From Eledone cirrhosa (Eukaryota), in contig OZ024740.1 of NCBI GenBank assembly GCA_964016885.1, positions 68,944,001 to 69,008,000 on the forward strand: DNA of 64,000 nt, read 5' to 3'. The notes beneath the pieces are model-generated. The model saw nothing but the letters and a program-made list of their open reading frames with translations, had not been told where the DNA came from and ran no database searches. A program made the position numbers and the translations under genes. Position 1 is the stretch's first letter, and the number at the start of each line of letters is the position of its first letter. Of the stretch, positions 41,616 through 55,747 are shown one piece after another.

Positions 41616-42041
41616 TATATATATAAATATATATATATATTTGTTTATATAGATAAGATTCTACTGGATTAGAACTGTTTCATTCTTTAGAAATCATCAG
41701 GAATATGGCTGTCCAAAATTAATGTTGTGGTATTTATATATTTTCTGGTGGTAGGAGAGGTGTGGAGTGGGATGGGTGGAGGTCATTCGTTGAATGAAAA
41801 GAGAATTCATTAAAATCTAATTCTTTAGAGTGACAAAGGCAGAGAGAATTCTATAAACAAGTTCAAATAGGGGTGCCATTCTTTATTTCTAAGTTTCTCT
41901 TCAGCTAACAATGCCTATATTTTAGGTGTCTATAAGATGATTGGGGGTCGGTCATGGTTGATGCATTTAAAGAGAAGGGAAATTATTTAAAAGCTAATTC
42001 TTTAAAGCTCTACTTAGAGTGACAAAGGCCAAGAGAATTCT

Positions 42042-42094
<53 letters not shown>

Positions 42095-42097
42095 GCG

Positions 42098-42199
<102 letters not shown>

Positions 42200-42789
42200 T
42201 ACACATATACAAACAAATATAAACACATCTACACATATACACATAAATAAATACACATATACATAAATACACAAACACAAATATAAATATATATATATAT
42301 GTATGTATATATCAAGTAAGGTGTTTCTGTATTGTTGAGCAAGGTAAGCAAATACATATTACGACTGATTTTGTTACATGCTTTTTAGGTGGGAAAAATT
42401 GTATTAGAAATAGTCTTTTGTACATTGTCAATCGTGATGCATAAATATTATAAGCATTAATGTATGGAGGATATGCAAACGTTGAACATAACTTGCTTGT
42501 GTAATGAGGAAATAAATTATTGTTTAAACAAGACAGAATGATCATTCACGATGCTCATTAATAAACATATCACGCTGAATTTCATCTTCCCCTGTGGCCT
42601 TGACACATTTTCTTTATTTAATTGTTCTTGTGATCTCAGCATCTGAGGGGTTAGTCCTCGCTCCCAGATGTACCTTATGTACATCAGTCGTTCTTCTTTT
42701 GAGCGGGTTCAGAATAACAACAACATATTCACTCCCTCTCACGAAGATGCACTTATCTGACGAGAGTAGAACCCCAGAGGTGTGTCGAT

Positions 42790-43140
42790 AGTAGCCGTGG
42801 AGTGAGACGTTTTATTATGTATCGTTTCAAGGAGAGCCGCAATTGTTTGAATTGAGAGATCACATCTCTGACGCTACGGGCGAAACCAATTGGCAGGAGA
42901 CCTAGGAGTAGACCCTGAAAAAGATAGTGGGATAACATCTATGAGCTCGGCTAGCCTCGCTAGCCATCCTGCAGGATCATTTGGAGACGATTGCTTCTGA
43001 TAGGACTCATTGGAAGGTGTATCTGGGACTCTTCCCCCATGGCCCTACCAAAAAGAAGAAGAAGAAGAAGAAGAAGAAGAAGAAGAAGAAGAAGAAGAAG
43101 AAGAAGAAGAAGAAGAAGAAGAAGAAGAAGAAGAAGAAGA
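42790..43140 (+). pseudogene. RTE LINE 3' end with (GAA)n tail
   Basis: Translates ..PIGRRPRSRP*KR*WDNI..WETIASDRTHWK, then a long (AAG)n. Confidence 0.6.
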
Positions 43141-43761
43141 ATATAATCGATTGCATTGACCCTAGCAGTTGTTTCATCCACTTGTCCTGTTTTCCTATAG
43201 AGTCTGTACGTGTTCATTAGATATGGTGAAATAGTTTTGTGAATCCTACGCTATCATCTTATAAGACAGATGGACACATTTTATACTGTATTTCTAAAAG
43301 CAGGAGGTAGTCTCTTCTTGGACGATAAACAACTTTAATACACGAAAGCGATTATTTACATGGTTGACCTAGTCAGGAGTCATACCCAGAACATTTAAAT
43401 GTATGAGATTGGGTGGAACCCAATAATTTGGTAACCCATCTCATATAATGTTACTTTTATTTATAAACGCTACGTTTATCACAGACTGTGTCTTGCTAGT
43501 TCTTCTTGAGCATTTTATTTATATTTAGCCGTTGAAATACTGAGCCACTTGCATTAAGCTCATACGAATAGGCATTTCCCTTGATAGAACAACTGAAATA
43601 CATATAGAAATTGATGAAGAATTTATATTTTATATGCGTGTGCGTATTCAAATTTGATATTGTTACGTTTTCACGAATCGAAATTATTGACAGAAGCATC
43701 TGTTGAAATCCCACTTTCATTATACATTATTTGCACCTCATTGAAATGTGTCACTTATCAA

Positions 43762-43942
43762 TTGGTAGTATCGGTAGAGGGTCGGACGCCATGCTTTCTA
43801 GCATAGTTACGTCCCTTTACGATCTGAGTTCAAATCCCGCCGAGGTTGACTTTGCCTTTCATCCTTACGGGGTCGATAAAATAAAGTACCAGTGAGGCAC
43901 TGGGTAGTTGCTGGCCTTGTGCCTAAAGTAGAAACAATTATA
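43762..43942 (+). mobile_element. tRNA-derived SINE (same family as 4285)
   Basis: Near-identical to 4285-4465. Confidence 0.8.
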
Positions 43943-44779
43943 TTAACTTTAATTTACAATAAACATATATGTTGAAACTTCTTTGAATATTTGTCAAACG
44001 ATTTGTGATATCACAAATAAATAATGCTTTTTTCCTGATTATGATTTTAAAAACAAACATATTTCATAAACTTCGATTCTTTATGCACTTATATTTGCCG
44101 GACTGTAACTGTACCTGACAACATTCTAAATCAATTTTCCTCCAAATCGATATTTTTTTTATTCACAAAATGTTTGATTTTATTAATACTTCGGATAGAT
44201 TTTATGCCTTCAGATGTGAGTGACATATGCTCATATTTGATTGCTCCACTTTTCCCTCATGTCTTAAGTATTAGACTAAATAACAATAACAAAAAAACAG
44301 CTATTCACCATATTTTATATGAAATACAATTTATTGAAAATGTGTTATAAAGAAAATTTCCCTTGGAGAGTTTTTGAACACACATTTTCTTTGCAACACT
44401 GCTACCAGTAAGGGGCAAACACATCATTTGATGGATTTTAATGATTTTGCAAATTTCATATGACGGAAACAACCCGTTTAGTAGGCTATATATTGATTCA
44501 GGTATTTTAATTTGTTTTAAGAATATGTTTGTTGCTCTCTTAAAACTAGGCTATAAAGGCATAAGAAACATTCCCTCTTCTCATACCCACCTATCGAATA
44601 TGTTGGTATTGTTATATATACCTATCTATCGATCTATCGCACACACACAAGGACCATCGCCAACACGTGCACATGCACCTACACATGCACGCATACATAT
44701 TTATATATATATATGGACAGTTTGTAAAAGCTTATCAACCTATCGTGTATATATATACATAAATAATTATCAATATATA

Positions 44780-44853
<74 letters not shown>

Positions 44854-45253
44854 TATATTAACACATATTTATCACTTAACATTTAATATTCTACCATACT
44901 ATTTCATTCTAATACCATTATAAATGTTAAAAGATTGTAAATAAAACGAGTAAATCAGACAAAGTTGGAATTCCTTTTATTAATATAATCTGAGTTTTTC
45001 GAATATTAATAACATTCGATTCGTTTGCAATTATGCAAACACGCCTGATTTTCAAAGGCATGTCAGAAGAATGATCCCTTCATTCTTGCTCTTGTGTTGG
45101 CATGTAAACAGAGCAAGAATGAAGGGTTCATTCTATTGACATGACTTTAAAAATGAGGCTTGTTTGCATAATTGCAAACGAATCGAATGTTATTAATATT
45201 CGAAAACCTCAGATTACATTTATTGTATTCAGCCATGTAGAGCGAAAATTATG

Positions 45254-45289
<36 letters not shown>

Positions 45290-46029
45290 TGTGTGTCTGA
45301 GGGTAGCTAAGATGCTTCAATAGGCGGTATGCCGGTTGAGTAATCTATGCTCTTACAGAGCAGAGTATGATAGAATAGAAAACGAAAAATCAGTGAAGCA
45401 TCTGAACTCAATTTATTGTGTGTTACAATTGTTTTGCCGGCGGACAGCTCGAGACGCGATCATTGTATGGATCTGTCTGATTCTGGACCCGCAGGTTCGA
45501 CGGACACGTCTAATGATTTCGGAGCATATTCTCTCATGTATGTGAGAGAATATGCAATAAATTGAGTTCAGATGCATCACTGATTTTTATTTTTCTATCC
45601 TCTTACTCTCTCTATATATATATACATATATATATATAAATGTGTGTCTGTGTGTGTGTATCAAAATGGGTGTGTGCGTGTATGTATGTACGTGTTCATG
45701 TATGGTTATTTTAGGTGCTAATTTATGATCCTAAACTTAGCGAAAGGACCAATAATCCTCAATCGAATAAGTACTGGCTTCTGCACAGTCTACTAAATTC
45801 CTCGAAGCCGGTGCTCCAGGATTGTCGTGGTCTAATAACTGGATGCATAATAAAACAGCGTATTATACAACTGGCAATAACTATGTCTAGAATAATCCAT
45901 ATTGGCTATAGGACTAATATATGAAAAATAATTATCAATTACAAATTCTTATAAAATCTACAAGAATATTTCCAAAATATTTGAATCATGTTAAATCGTG
46001 TTTCTTTTCACATTTAATTGTTTTATTTT

Positions 46030-47590
46030 GGGATAGGCTTGAGAAAACAAGGATATTATCTTCGCATTCCGGATGCCCATGTCGGCTGCACGAGACGCAA
46101 GTCACCCGGTGTGGATTGCCTGCTTTTCGAGCTTTACGTAGATATGCTAGACTTGAAGTGTTCTACTGCAACTAGCAGTTGATCGAGAGTATTCCCAGTT
46201 CAGGGAGCCAGAGCGTAGACACTCTCGGGCCTTTTACGCGGTAGTTGGAGCTGTTGTAGTGCATCACGCTCAAATCAGTACGTGGAAATGTTGTATCAGT
46301 ATATGCCGACATCGCTGTGATTGTGTCGTACATCAGGGATATCGACGTAATTGGCATATCCTTGGAGGAATATGAAAGGGTGATGGGAGCAAAACTAAAC
46401 CCGGAAAAGTCGGTGGGCTTGCAGCTCCGCACCGGGAAATGCAAGTCCATGCCGTTCGAGAGCGTTACCAGGCGCTGGAGGGACGGATCGATATAGTTAC
46501 TCGGGTTCCGATACGGACCAGACCTCCAGGTGAATAAGAATTGAGAAGAGATTAAAATACGCTGAGGCTGCGACTCACCTATCTAAACAGTGAACAGGTG
46601 TAGTCACAGTTTGTGAGACAGACCTTACTCCAGCTCCAATCGGTGACTGATCTGCAGTCCTCTGTCAAGACGAGACCGAGGCTGAACGCCTGACATCTGG
46701 AAAATTTGGCAGGCACTCACTGTCTTCTACCAGGCACTGCAGTCAGTGAAACTTCCGCTCAAGGTGACGAATTTCTTAGAGAGGTTCTGGGTGGCGACGA
46801 AGTCGAACTGACCACTCTATTCCGGAGGACTTTTGAGCCGGGGACGATGGACAATTCCCAGAAGTCCCACGCTTGACAGTACTACCGAGGGAGTGCCGGT
46901 TCGAGATAAATTCTGCAGGCACCTAAGTGCTGTCAGACGGATCTGCTCAAGATGCTCGCAGAGCGAACGAAATCACTTTGCGCGAACTTGTCCAGTGTCT
47001 GTGGAGTTATGTCAAATGGCTGATGTCGCGTGTAGAATGGATCCGGAAAATACCGAGTCCATAGTGAAGATCGCACCGCGCGTTCTTTTGGTTGGGAAGG
47101 TCACGGGATTTTGCGAAAGTTGTTGTGTGGTGGACCAAGTTCAAAGCACTGAAGAAAGACACTTTTCCCTTTTGCCAATCCTTGATAAGCCTTTTCAAAT
47201 CTTACATGGAAAGGAAAGTGAGAGTGGAGAGAGAAGTACTGAACACTCCCCTCCCAGTACATTAGGTACCAGGTGGGTGAATTGTGGCGAGAATGTCCCG
47301 TGTGAATGCAAATACTCTGAGAATGGGCCTCTATACTGGTTAATTTAACGGAGAGTGGGCTCCTGTTCATGAGTGCTCTCGAAGCGTAGGGTGGGTCAGG
47401 ATTAGTGGGGTACCTGAGTCGACCCTAGGTGATTATCCCGCTGTATTGGTAAATTTTAATTGTTGTATTTTTCTTGTTATTTTGTTATTGTTATTTATAT
47501 TTTTCGACGTTATATATGTAAACCCCCACTGTCTCTGTGTATTGTATTGTCTCCTAATATGTAGGCCCTTGTGGCCAATAAAGACATTAG
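46030..47590 (+). pseudogene. Degraded Tx1-type LINE 3' part, related to 30655-36737
   Basis: VSVYAD.., EKSVGLQL, GVPVRDK, ESIVKIAP remnants. Shared 3' end CCCTTGTGGCCAATAAA versus CCCTTGTGGTTAATAAA. Confidence 0.8.
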
Positions 47591-48460
47591 AAATTATCAT
47601 TATTAATATAGTTTATTTTATGTATTTTTTATTTTTATTTATTTTTGAGGTGGACGAGGAGTGACTAAGGTAAACACATTAGACAAGACATAATGTCGTA
47701 GGTTATTCTCATCTTCTATGATGTGCGTTTCCGGAGAGCGGTGAATGAAATAAGAAACGGAATGAAACGTTAGCCTAGAATAATTAAATAAATGTGAATG
47801 ATACGAACGTACATGCATACACTTCATAATTACATATATACATACACACACGCATACACCCACCATATATATATATAATATAGAGAGGAAAACATACTAA
47901 AGAGAGAGTGGATGTTTATCAATATACAGGGAATACCACTGGTGTATGGAACCTATACACATAAAAGGTGAGGTAAAAACATTATAATTAAAAATATAAA
48001 TAACATGAATTTCCCCACCTCTATAGCTATATATCACACACGTACAAACTCAGACAGTTTGTTTCGCCAGAAAATTAGAGTTTGGATTGAACTCACCCGG
48101 TTCATCAGCGTGTGTAAGTGAATACATTCCAAACGACTCTATGAGAATTTAGATTAACTGCCTTGCAACACGTAGTAGAGAGAAGGGAATGCGTGTGTGA
48201 AACAGTAAACCAGTGGCTTAGGCAGGGTGAGTCGCTAGAAATGGCAGACCCCAAAACACCCAAATTAAAGTGCTCGACAAAATAGAGAGACAAAAGAGAC
48301 CGCTTTTTATAGAAATATATCAAAATAAGTTAACGGTGTCAGAAACTCGTGTTAGACCCTGTAATTCATGAGTTCACAGGAAAAAGAAACCTGGACTCCT
48401 CAAATATAATAATTTTTGAGCTCATGGATTACAAGTTTCTGATTCCGTTAAACCATTTTG

Positions 48461-48569
<109 letters not shown>

Positions 48570-48607
48570 CACATACATACACACACACGCATATATATAT
48601 ATATATA

Positions 48608-49385
48608 TTATCTGAGTTTTTAGAATATTAATAATAACATTCGATTCGTTTGAAATTATGCAAACAAGCTTCATTTTCAAAGCCATGTCAGTAGAATGGA
48701 CCCTTTATTCTTGCTCTTGTGTTGGCATGTAAATAGAACTGCAGACACTAATGTTTCTGGGTATCACCCTTCATCAGTACAGCTCACTGTTCACCTGCCA
48801 ACTGTCACAGCTAGTGAGAATATATGCTATTTTCTAAAATATACAGTGACTAATCGGCTTGATTTGCATATTACCAGGCTGGCTGATCAGCGAGATTTGC
48901 ATATCAGCAGACAGGCCAGTCAGTTTCCTGTATACGAGCGATAAATGGCTGGCTTTGCCACATTAAAATTAAAAAATGTTTGTTCGCTCTATATGGCTGA
49001 ATACAATAAATATAATCTGAGCCTTTCGAATATTAATAATAACCTTCGATTCGTTTGAAATTATGCAAACAAGCCTCATTTATTTTTAAAGCCATGTCAG
49101 TAGAGTGAACCCTTCATTCTTACTCTTGTGTTGTAAACAGAACTGCAGGCACTATTATTTCTGGATATCACCCTTCATCGGTACAGCTCACCGTCAGAGC
49201 TAGTGAAAATATATGCATCGGTACAGCCCACTGTCAGAGCTAGTGAAAATATATGCTATTTTCTAAAATATACAATGACTGATCGGCCCAATGTGCACAT
49301 TAGCTGGCTGGCAGATCAGTCAGATCTGCATATTAGCAGATCCACTGATCAGCCTGATTTGCATATCAGCAGACTGGCCAATTCT
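48608..49385 (-). repeat. Tandem pair of about 404 bp non-coding units carrying a hammerhead; related fold-back at 44985-45250
   Basis: ATCTGAG..TTCGATTCGTTTGAAATTATGCAAACAAG occurs at about 48610 and 49015. Confidence 0.75.
48736..48785 (-). ncRNA. Type I hammerhead motif, GUC site
   Basis: GAGCTGTA-CTGATGA-aGGGT gat ACCCa-GAAA-CATTAGTG-TC-TGCAGTTC. The second copy (about 49140-49189) is degenerate. Confidence 0.75.
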
Positions 49386-49581
49386 CTATATATATATAAC
49401 GAAGGAGTTGTGGTAAGGAACCACATGGACCGTAACGCACCAGAGTACTGAATACTTACGGCAGTAGAGTGGGTAATAGGAAAATGTATGACCCCGACGG
49501 CAGAGCTGAAGCCGTTTCGATGGCTATTCCAGAAATAGCCGTCGAAACGGCTTGTGCTCTGCCGTCGGCGTCATACATATT

Positions 49582-49642
<61 letters not shown>

Positions 49643-50667
49643 ACAATTACGGGTAGATTCCCGGTGGGTATTAGGAGGTGACGACAGTTACAAAAGATGA
49701 GCAATACGTTGGTAGAGTGTCGGCAACTTTATTTTATATATTTTATATATCCACACTCTGTCATGCTGTGTTTCTTTGAGGACTACGTGCATGTCAAATT
49801 CTCAGCCAAATACCAGTGAAATATATTACGATGCTCCTCTGGTTTTCGAACATTCGAACAACTGAAACTCTCATCGTCAGTAATGAGAAATGTCCAACAA
49901 TATATATGTGTGCCTGTGTTTGTGCGTATATGTGTGTGTATATGATGGATTGAATGTATATTGCGTATTTTGTCGGTTTAGTTATATCTTTCGTGTGTGA
50001 ATCATGCTTTTTATCATGTATATGTAGAGATTTAATCTATATCATATTCCCTACACATATTCATTTACTAGTGAAACATGTAAAAACATGATTTACACTA
50101 TATTTATACCCTCCAAATAACAACATAATAATATATTTATTCTGACCGTTAATCGCAAAATATTAAATATTTTGAACGACTCCAGAATATAGATCACATG
50201 GAAAAATATTGTAAATAATGTAAATATCACTCGCAATTCAATATGAATCGAATTTATTCTATTTTTTTTTCTTTTCACAAACCCAAATGTTATTATTTCT
50301 TTCATGAATGTTCATATTGTTCTACATATATTGCACAATTACTTGACGTATATACATATGTGTATGGTTAGTAATTTGTGTGCATCTTATTTCTATATAT
50401 ATAGCTTCTACATATATACGCATGCGTGCATGTGTGTGTTTGGGAAAATTTATATTTTGTGAGTACCTGTGTTTCTGTATAAGACTTTCATATATTTTTT
50501 CTTCGCATATTGAACGCTAGGTAATGTACCACTCAATATATATGAAATGAATAAGAATTCATAAATGTGGAAATTTCGGCTGCAAGTATGCATTTCCAAA
50601 TAAATGCCAATGCATGCATGAATAAATACAAACATATATATGAGTGCATGTATATATATATATATAT

Positions 50668-52137
50668 CTATCTGGGCCGGGTAAAATTCCCGAGATACAT
50701 GGACAATTTCTCTCCAGCGGTCACTGTCCCTCATTATCGCTGCCATGTCCTACGTCTCCAACAGACCAGTGTCTGTCCTTAGGGCATCAACATATGTTAA
50801 CCTTGTGGAGGTGATGATGGAAGAACTCTGTACCGCTTACACTGAGGCCAGAGAGGAGGCACTGATAGAGAAGATGAGAAGTGTGGAGAGAGAGGTTGAC
50901 AGATCTGGATGTAAGGAGAGCTGGATGATCATCAAAGAGATCACAGAGAGGAAGAGAAGGTGTTCGAGTCAGATCCAGGGAACGGGGTCCGAGGATAGGA
51001 AGAGGAAATGGCTAGACCATTTTAGGATCCTACTAGGAGAGCCACCCTCCACAGTCCAGAGCACTGGGGAGATAAGGCGGCTGTTTGAGGAACTGGATAT
51101 TGAGACAGAGCCCTTCACCAGAGAGGAGCTTCTGACAACAAAGAAGAGAATCAAGGAGGGCAAGGCTCATGGAGGAGATGGAGTGGCATTAGAGGTGATG
51201 AAGAACTGTGATTTTGATGATATCAACTGGAGTTCTGTAAACGGGCACTGGAGAAAGTAGTTGCCCCGAATCAGTGGAGGATCAGTAACATCGTCCCTGT
51301 GTCAAAGAAGGGAGATCTCTCTAACACCAACAACTACAGGGGTATCTCACTGACGTCACTTGTGGCAAAGACCCTCAACAGGATGATTCTTAACAGGATC
51401 CAGCCTGAGATGGAGAAGAAGCTCAGGGACAACCAGAACGGCTTCAGAGAGGGATGATCAACCACCAGTCACATCCTGATTCTGAGAAGGATATTAGAGG
51501 GAGCTTGAGCAAAGTGCCTTCTTGCGGTCATGGTTTTCATTGACTTTAGGAAGGCCTTTGATTCTGTGGACCGTCACTGCCTGATGAAGATCTTACAGGC
51601 TTATGGAATCCCCAAGATAGTGGACCTTATACCACTGATCTACACCAACATCAAAGCCCAATTCATTACACCTGATGGGATGAGAGATTTCTTTGAGATA
51701 CTGACTGGAGTGCTCCGGGGAGATACATTGGCTCCCTACCTTTTTATCATCGTACTAGACTATTGTATGCGCCTTGCACTGAAGAAACACCAGGACTCTG
51801 GCTTTACTGTAGCACCGGTTCAGAGCAGGTGTGTTAAGGCGAAAAAGGTATCAGATGCTGAATTTTCCGACGACATAGTTTTGGTGACAAATACAGTGAA
51901 GGAAGCAGAGGATTTGATACGGGAGGGTGAGACTGTGTTGATGAGTGTGGGGCTGAGAATGAATGAGACTAAAACAAAATATATGGTAGAGAATGTTGAG
52001 AAGCCAGAGGGGATCACTAATGTAGGTGGGAAGCCGCTACAATTGGTTCAGGGCTTCCTGTATTTGGGAGCAAAGATTGGAAATGCGGAAGATGATGTGG
52101 TTGAGGGGAAGAGCAAAGCCTGGGCAGCGTGCCACAG

Positions 52138-52138
<1 letters not shown>
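50668..52138 (+). pseudogene. RTE-X-like LINE RT fragment with an inverted 3' end
   Basis: NYRGISLTS..NQNGFR, FIDFRKAFDSV, GVLRGDTLAPYLF and EFSDDI on plus. The C-terminus TYVDALRTDTG..MRDSDRWREIV is on minus at 50690-50797. Confidence 0.85.
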
Positions 52139-52204
<66 letters not shown>

Positions 52205-52211
<7 letters not shown>

Positions 52212-53020
52212 ATAATAATAAATTTGAAGAAAATCCAAAGAGGGTTCGTTAAGAATAAATATATATCAACCATATAAGAACCGTAAAGCAAATATTTATT
52301 AAAATAACAGATTAAAGTTTCAGCAAAGAATCGCTGCTTTCACCCTTAACGGCATCTTCTGAAAGATATAATACGTGCGGGTACAGGCGTTGCGTGGGGT
52401 CTGTATGTGTGTGCGTGTTTTTTTGTTTTTGTTGTGTACATGCTTGTATTGGCATACCCATTGCGGGTGTTTTCGCGTATGCTTGTGTATGTACGTATAT
52501 GGTTGCGTGCATGTATATATTTAATTTCAATTATCTCTGTAATTTATTTACTTTATTCTTAATTCTAAAGCCGGGAATCATTCGGTTTCCTAATAGAATT
52601 TTAGTCTACGACTTCAGTTATACCATATACGTGGTTTTGTCTTTGCGTGTAATTGTTTTCACCGCTCCACATATTGACGTATTATCTTCGTTTTTTCCGT
52701 TCATTGCCAGAGAACGTCTTCACGAACCACCTAATAGAATATTATTCTACGACTTCATTTATACCATAAACGTCGTTTTGTCTCTGCGTGTAATTGTTTT
52801 CGCCGCTCCAAATTATGACGTATTATCTTCGTTTTTATCCGTTCTTTGCCAGGGAACGTTTCGACGAACCAAAGTATGGTCTTCCTGTCTTCCTTCGGTT
52901 GCAACGTTTTTTGAAATATTTACTTCTGCGTTCACAGATTGAATTTTTTAGTTTCAGAAGATCCTGTTAAGGGTGAAAGCAGCGATTCTTTGCTAAAACT
53001 TTAATCTGTTATTTTAATAT
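52205..53020 (+). mobile_element. Non-autonomous Naiad-type pLTR with an inverted 5' piece
   Basis: 52290-52365 is the reverse complement of 52950-53018. Homologous to 12560-13063. Confidence 0.75.
52950..53000 (+). ncRNA. Hammerhead-like motif with variant core CAGAAGA (also 63366-63416 plus; 58941-58991, 59344-59394, 60127-60177 and about 52316-52363 minus)
   Basis: Consensus AGTTT-CAGAAGA-tCCC gttaa GGGt-GAAA-GCA gcgattctt TGC-T(T/A)-AAACT. Confidence 0.6.
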
Positions 53021-53039
53021 ATATATAGATATATAACTT

Positions 53040-54700
53040 GTTGTGAAAATCAGTCATGTGGAACTATTGTCATCTTGCCTTATGGTTTGAACTTTACAAC
53101 ACCACCTGCCTCTTTGAGGTCAAATACCAACCCTACAAGCATTTACAAAGTGACCAATGAGAATTAAGATTATTCCTGCTGACAACAGTAAATTATTCCT
53201 AACAAGCTCATATGTACCAATAGACTATAGACTACCCAAGAAAACACCCCAACCATCGATTAGCTGTACTAGACACAGAGCTATGGTTAGAAACCATTAA
53301 TAACAAAAAACAAATCCTCCATTCCCATTAAGCCAAACCCATGACTTCCAAATACCTGATCCACCGAAACTCAGCTATTTCGGATCACACAAAAATCAAC
53401 ATACTGATTGCGGATTTAGTACGGGTGATGAGGAACGCGTCCCGCATGTGCAACCCCAAAGAACTAGAGAGACACATACAACACTTCATCCACCGTGTGC
53501 AGTTCTCTGGTTACAATCAGAGAGATAAAATCAGAGTATATAGAGGCACCAGAACCAAATGGGAAAAAAGGTAAATAATGAAACAAATGGGACCTGTCCC
53601 TTGTACAGGAGCAAATTTTGGAATAGATTAGAAAGAACTAGGTATAAGGTTAATAGAATAAACTCATGGTATGATAGCAATAAATACCAGAGTGTAATGT
53701 TCATCAATACAACCGCTAGAGGTGAACTAGGTTACAAATTTATAGGGGCCCTAGATAAAATTAAACTAAATATTAAGATAGTGGAATTACCAGGTACCTC
53801 CATAAAAACACTTATTAGAAATACATACCCTTTTCAAAGACCTCCCTGTATAGATAAGAAATGCATAATCTGTAAACTAAGCCCCCATATTAACTGCAAA
53901 ACTAGAAACATAGTATATATCATAAGATGGACTTAGGGACAATGTAAAGATAAGAATATAGTGTACATAGGTGAGACAGCTTGTAGAATAGGATAACAAT
54001 TGACTGAACACTGGTGAGAGCTTCAAGATAGAAAAGAATCATCAGTACTCCATCAGCATGCTAAAATAGAACATGAGGGCAAATTAGAGTACATAGAAAT
54101 AAAAATAAAGTCTACACACAGAAAAGACGCAATGTTTAGACAAATCACAGAGGCAATAAACATAAATGAGCTCCAACCAAAATTAAATAGGAAAGATGAA
54201 TGAAATAGCAACATCACAACTTACAACTAAGGACAAAATGAAAACACACACACATAGAAAAAACATAGAAAAAACAACCAACATGTAAACAACATGTAAA
54301 TAAACAAATAAATAAACAAATAAAACCACACTCAGACACCCGGATGTAACACATGCGCAAACTAAGCGCACAACACACAAAAACAAATGGCGTAGAGCAG
54401 AACAAAGGAGAGGCACAGCACAAAGAAAAGAATCCCCAGTCACTGAAGAGGTTACCCAATGTGCGAGGAAAGAACTTTGACAATATATGAAATATTAGAT
54501 GGTTCCGTATGTGGAACCAACTAAGCAACCGTAAATTTACAAATTTCTTAAATTTATAAATTTAATTTATATTTAATTGGAGTGAAAGCAACTGGTGGGT
54601 GTGTTCCTTATTGGAAACATTATCCTCCCAAAGTACAACAATATCGGTTTCAACACACGTTTTCAGATAAAGTATCTTGCTAAACAAATTCAGAAACGAA
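53040..54700 (+). mobile_element. Degraded PLE (RT thumb + GIY-YIG), related to 18250-19231
   Basis: KINILIADLVRVMRN, QFSGY, TYPF..C..CIIC..NCKTRNIVY, VYIGETA, RQITEA. Degenerate HHR at 54439-54481. Confidence 0.85.
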
Positions 54701-54715
54701 ATATATATATATATA

Positions 54716-55610
54716 TATCCTAAAACATGTCTATAGAATCACAAGATAAAATACATACTATTTCCTCTCCCAATTAGCATAATTAACCATATAAAAAATC
54801 GAACAGACCAGGCTATAAGAATGAGGCTTCTATAGACATGTTTTATGATATATAGCTCTGATTGTTTAATTTATTAATTTTTCATTGAGCCACAAAGTGA
54901 CCAGTTGCAAAACACGTATATGTATATGTATGTATATATATATATGTAAACTTTTATATGTAACAATATCCCATTAGGTTGAGATACAAATTTGGCTGTA
55001 TTGTGCTGTGCTTTCTAGCAAAAATGCCACCAGTCTTAAGCAACTACCACACCCCTTCCAACCTGACCGCGACTACGTCACGATTTTTAGCCATTTTGAA
55101 ATGAATTTCTTGGCACGATCACTTTGGAAAATTTAATGTCTAGATAAGAGAGAGCTTCCTGATGAATCCGGCGCTCGAGTTTATATAATTATTACATAAT
55201 TATTGGAAAACTCAAAATACGGACGAAACCATGGTATAAGTTTTTAAATGTATTCTATTTTCTCCTAGTTTATTTTGCACCTAATTCTGTTCAGTTGACT
55301 ATATCTGGGCGATTACGCTGTCGAAATATTCGATAAATATTCCGGTACGGCCGACGCGAAGCGCTAGTTTCGGTTATTTGTCGGAGATTTCTTCATAGAA
55401 GCCTCATTCTTATAGCCTGGTCTATTCGATTTTTTATATGGTTAATTATGCTAATTGGGAGAGGAAATAGTATATATTTTATCTTGTGATTGTATAGACA
55501 TGTTTTATGATATATAGCTCTGATTGTTTAATTTATTAATTTTTCATTGAGCCACAAAGTGACCAGTTGCAAAACACGTATATGCATATGTATGTATGTA
55601 TATATGTAAT

Positions 55611-55615
<5 letters not shown>
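54716..55615 (+). mobile_element. Non-coding PLE-like element: inverted 5' piece plus direct terminal repeats
   Basis: 54716-54830 is the reverse complement of about 55395-55510, and 54831-54950 is repeated at 55495-55612. Flanked by TA runs. Confidence 0.7.
55152..55243 (+). ncRNA. Type I hammerhead motif with long stem II
   Basis: GAGCTTc-CTGATGA-aTCCG..CGGAc-GAAA-CCATGG-TA-tAAGTTT. Confidence 0.65.
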
Positions 55616-55678
<63 letters not shown>

Positions 55679-55680
55679 CA

Positions 55681-55743
<63 letters not shown>

Positions 55744-55747
<4 letters not shown>

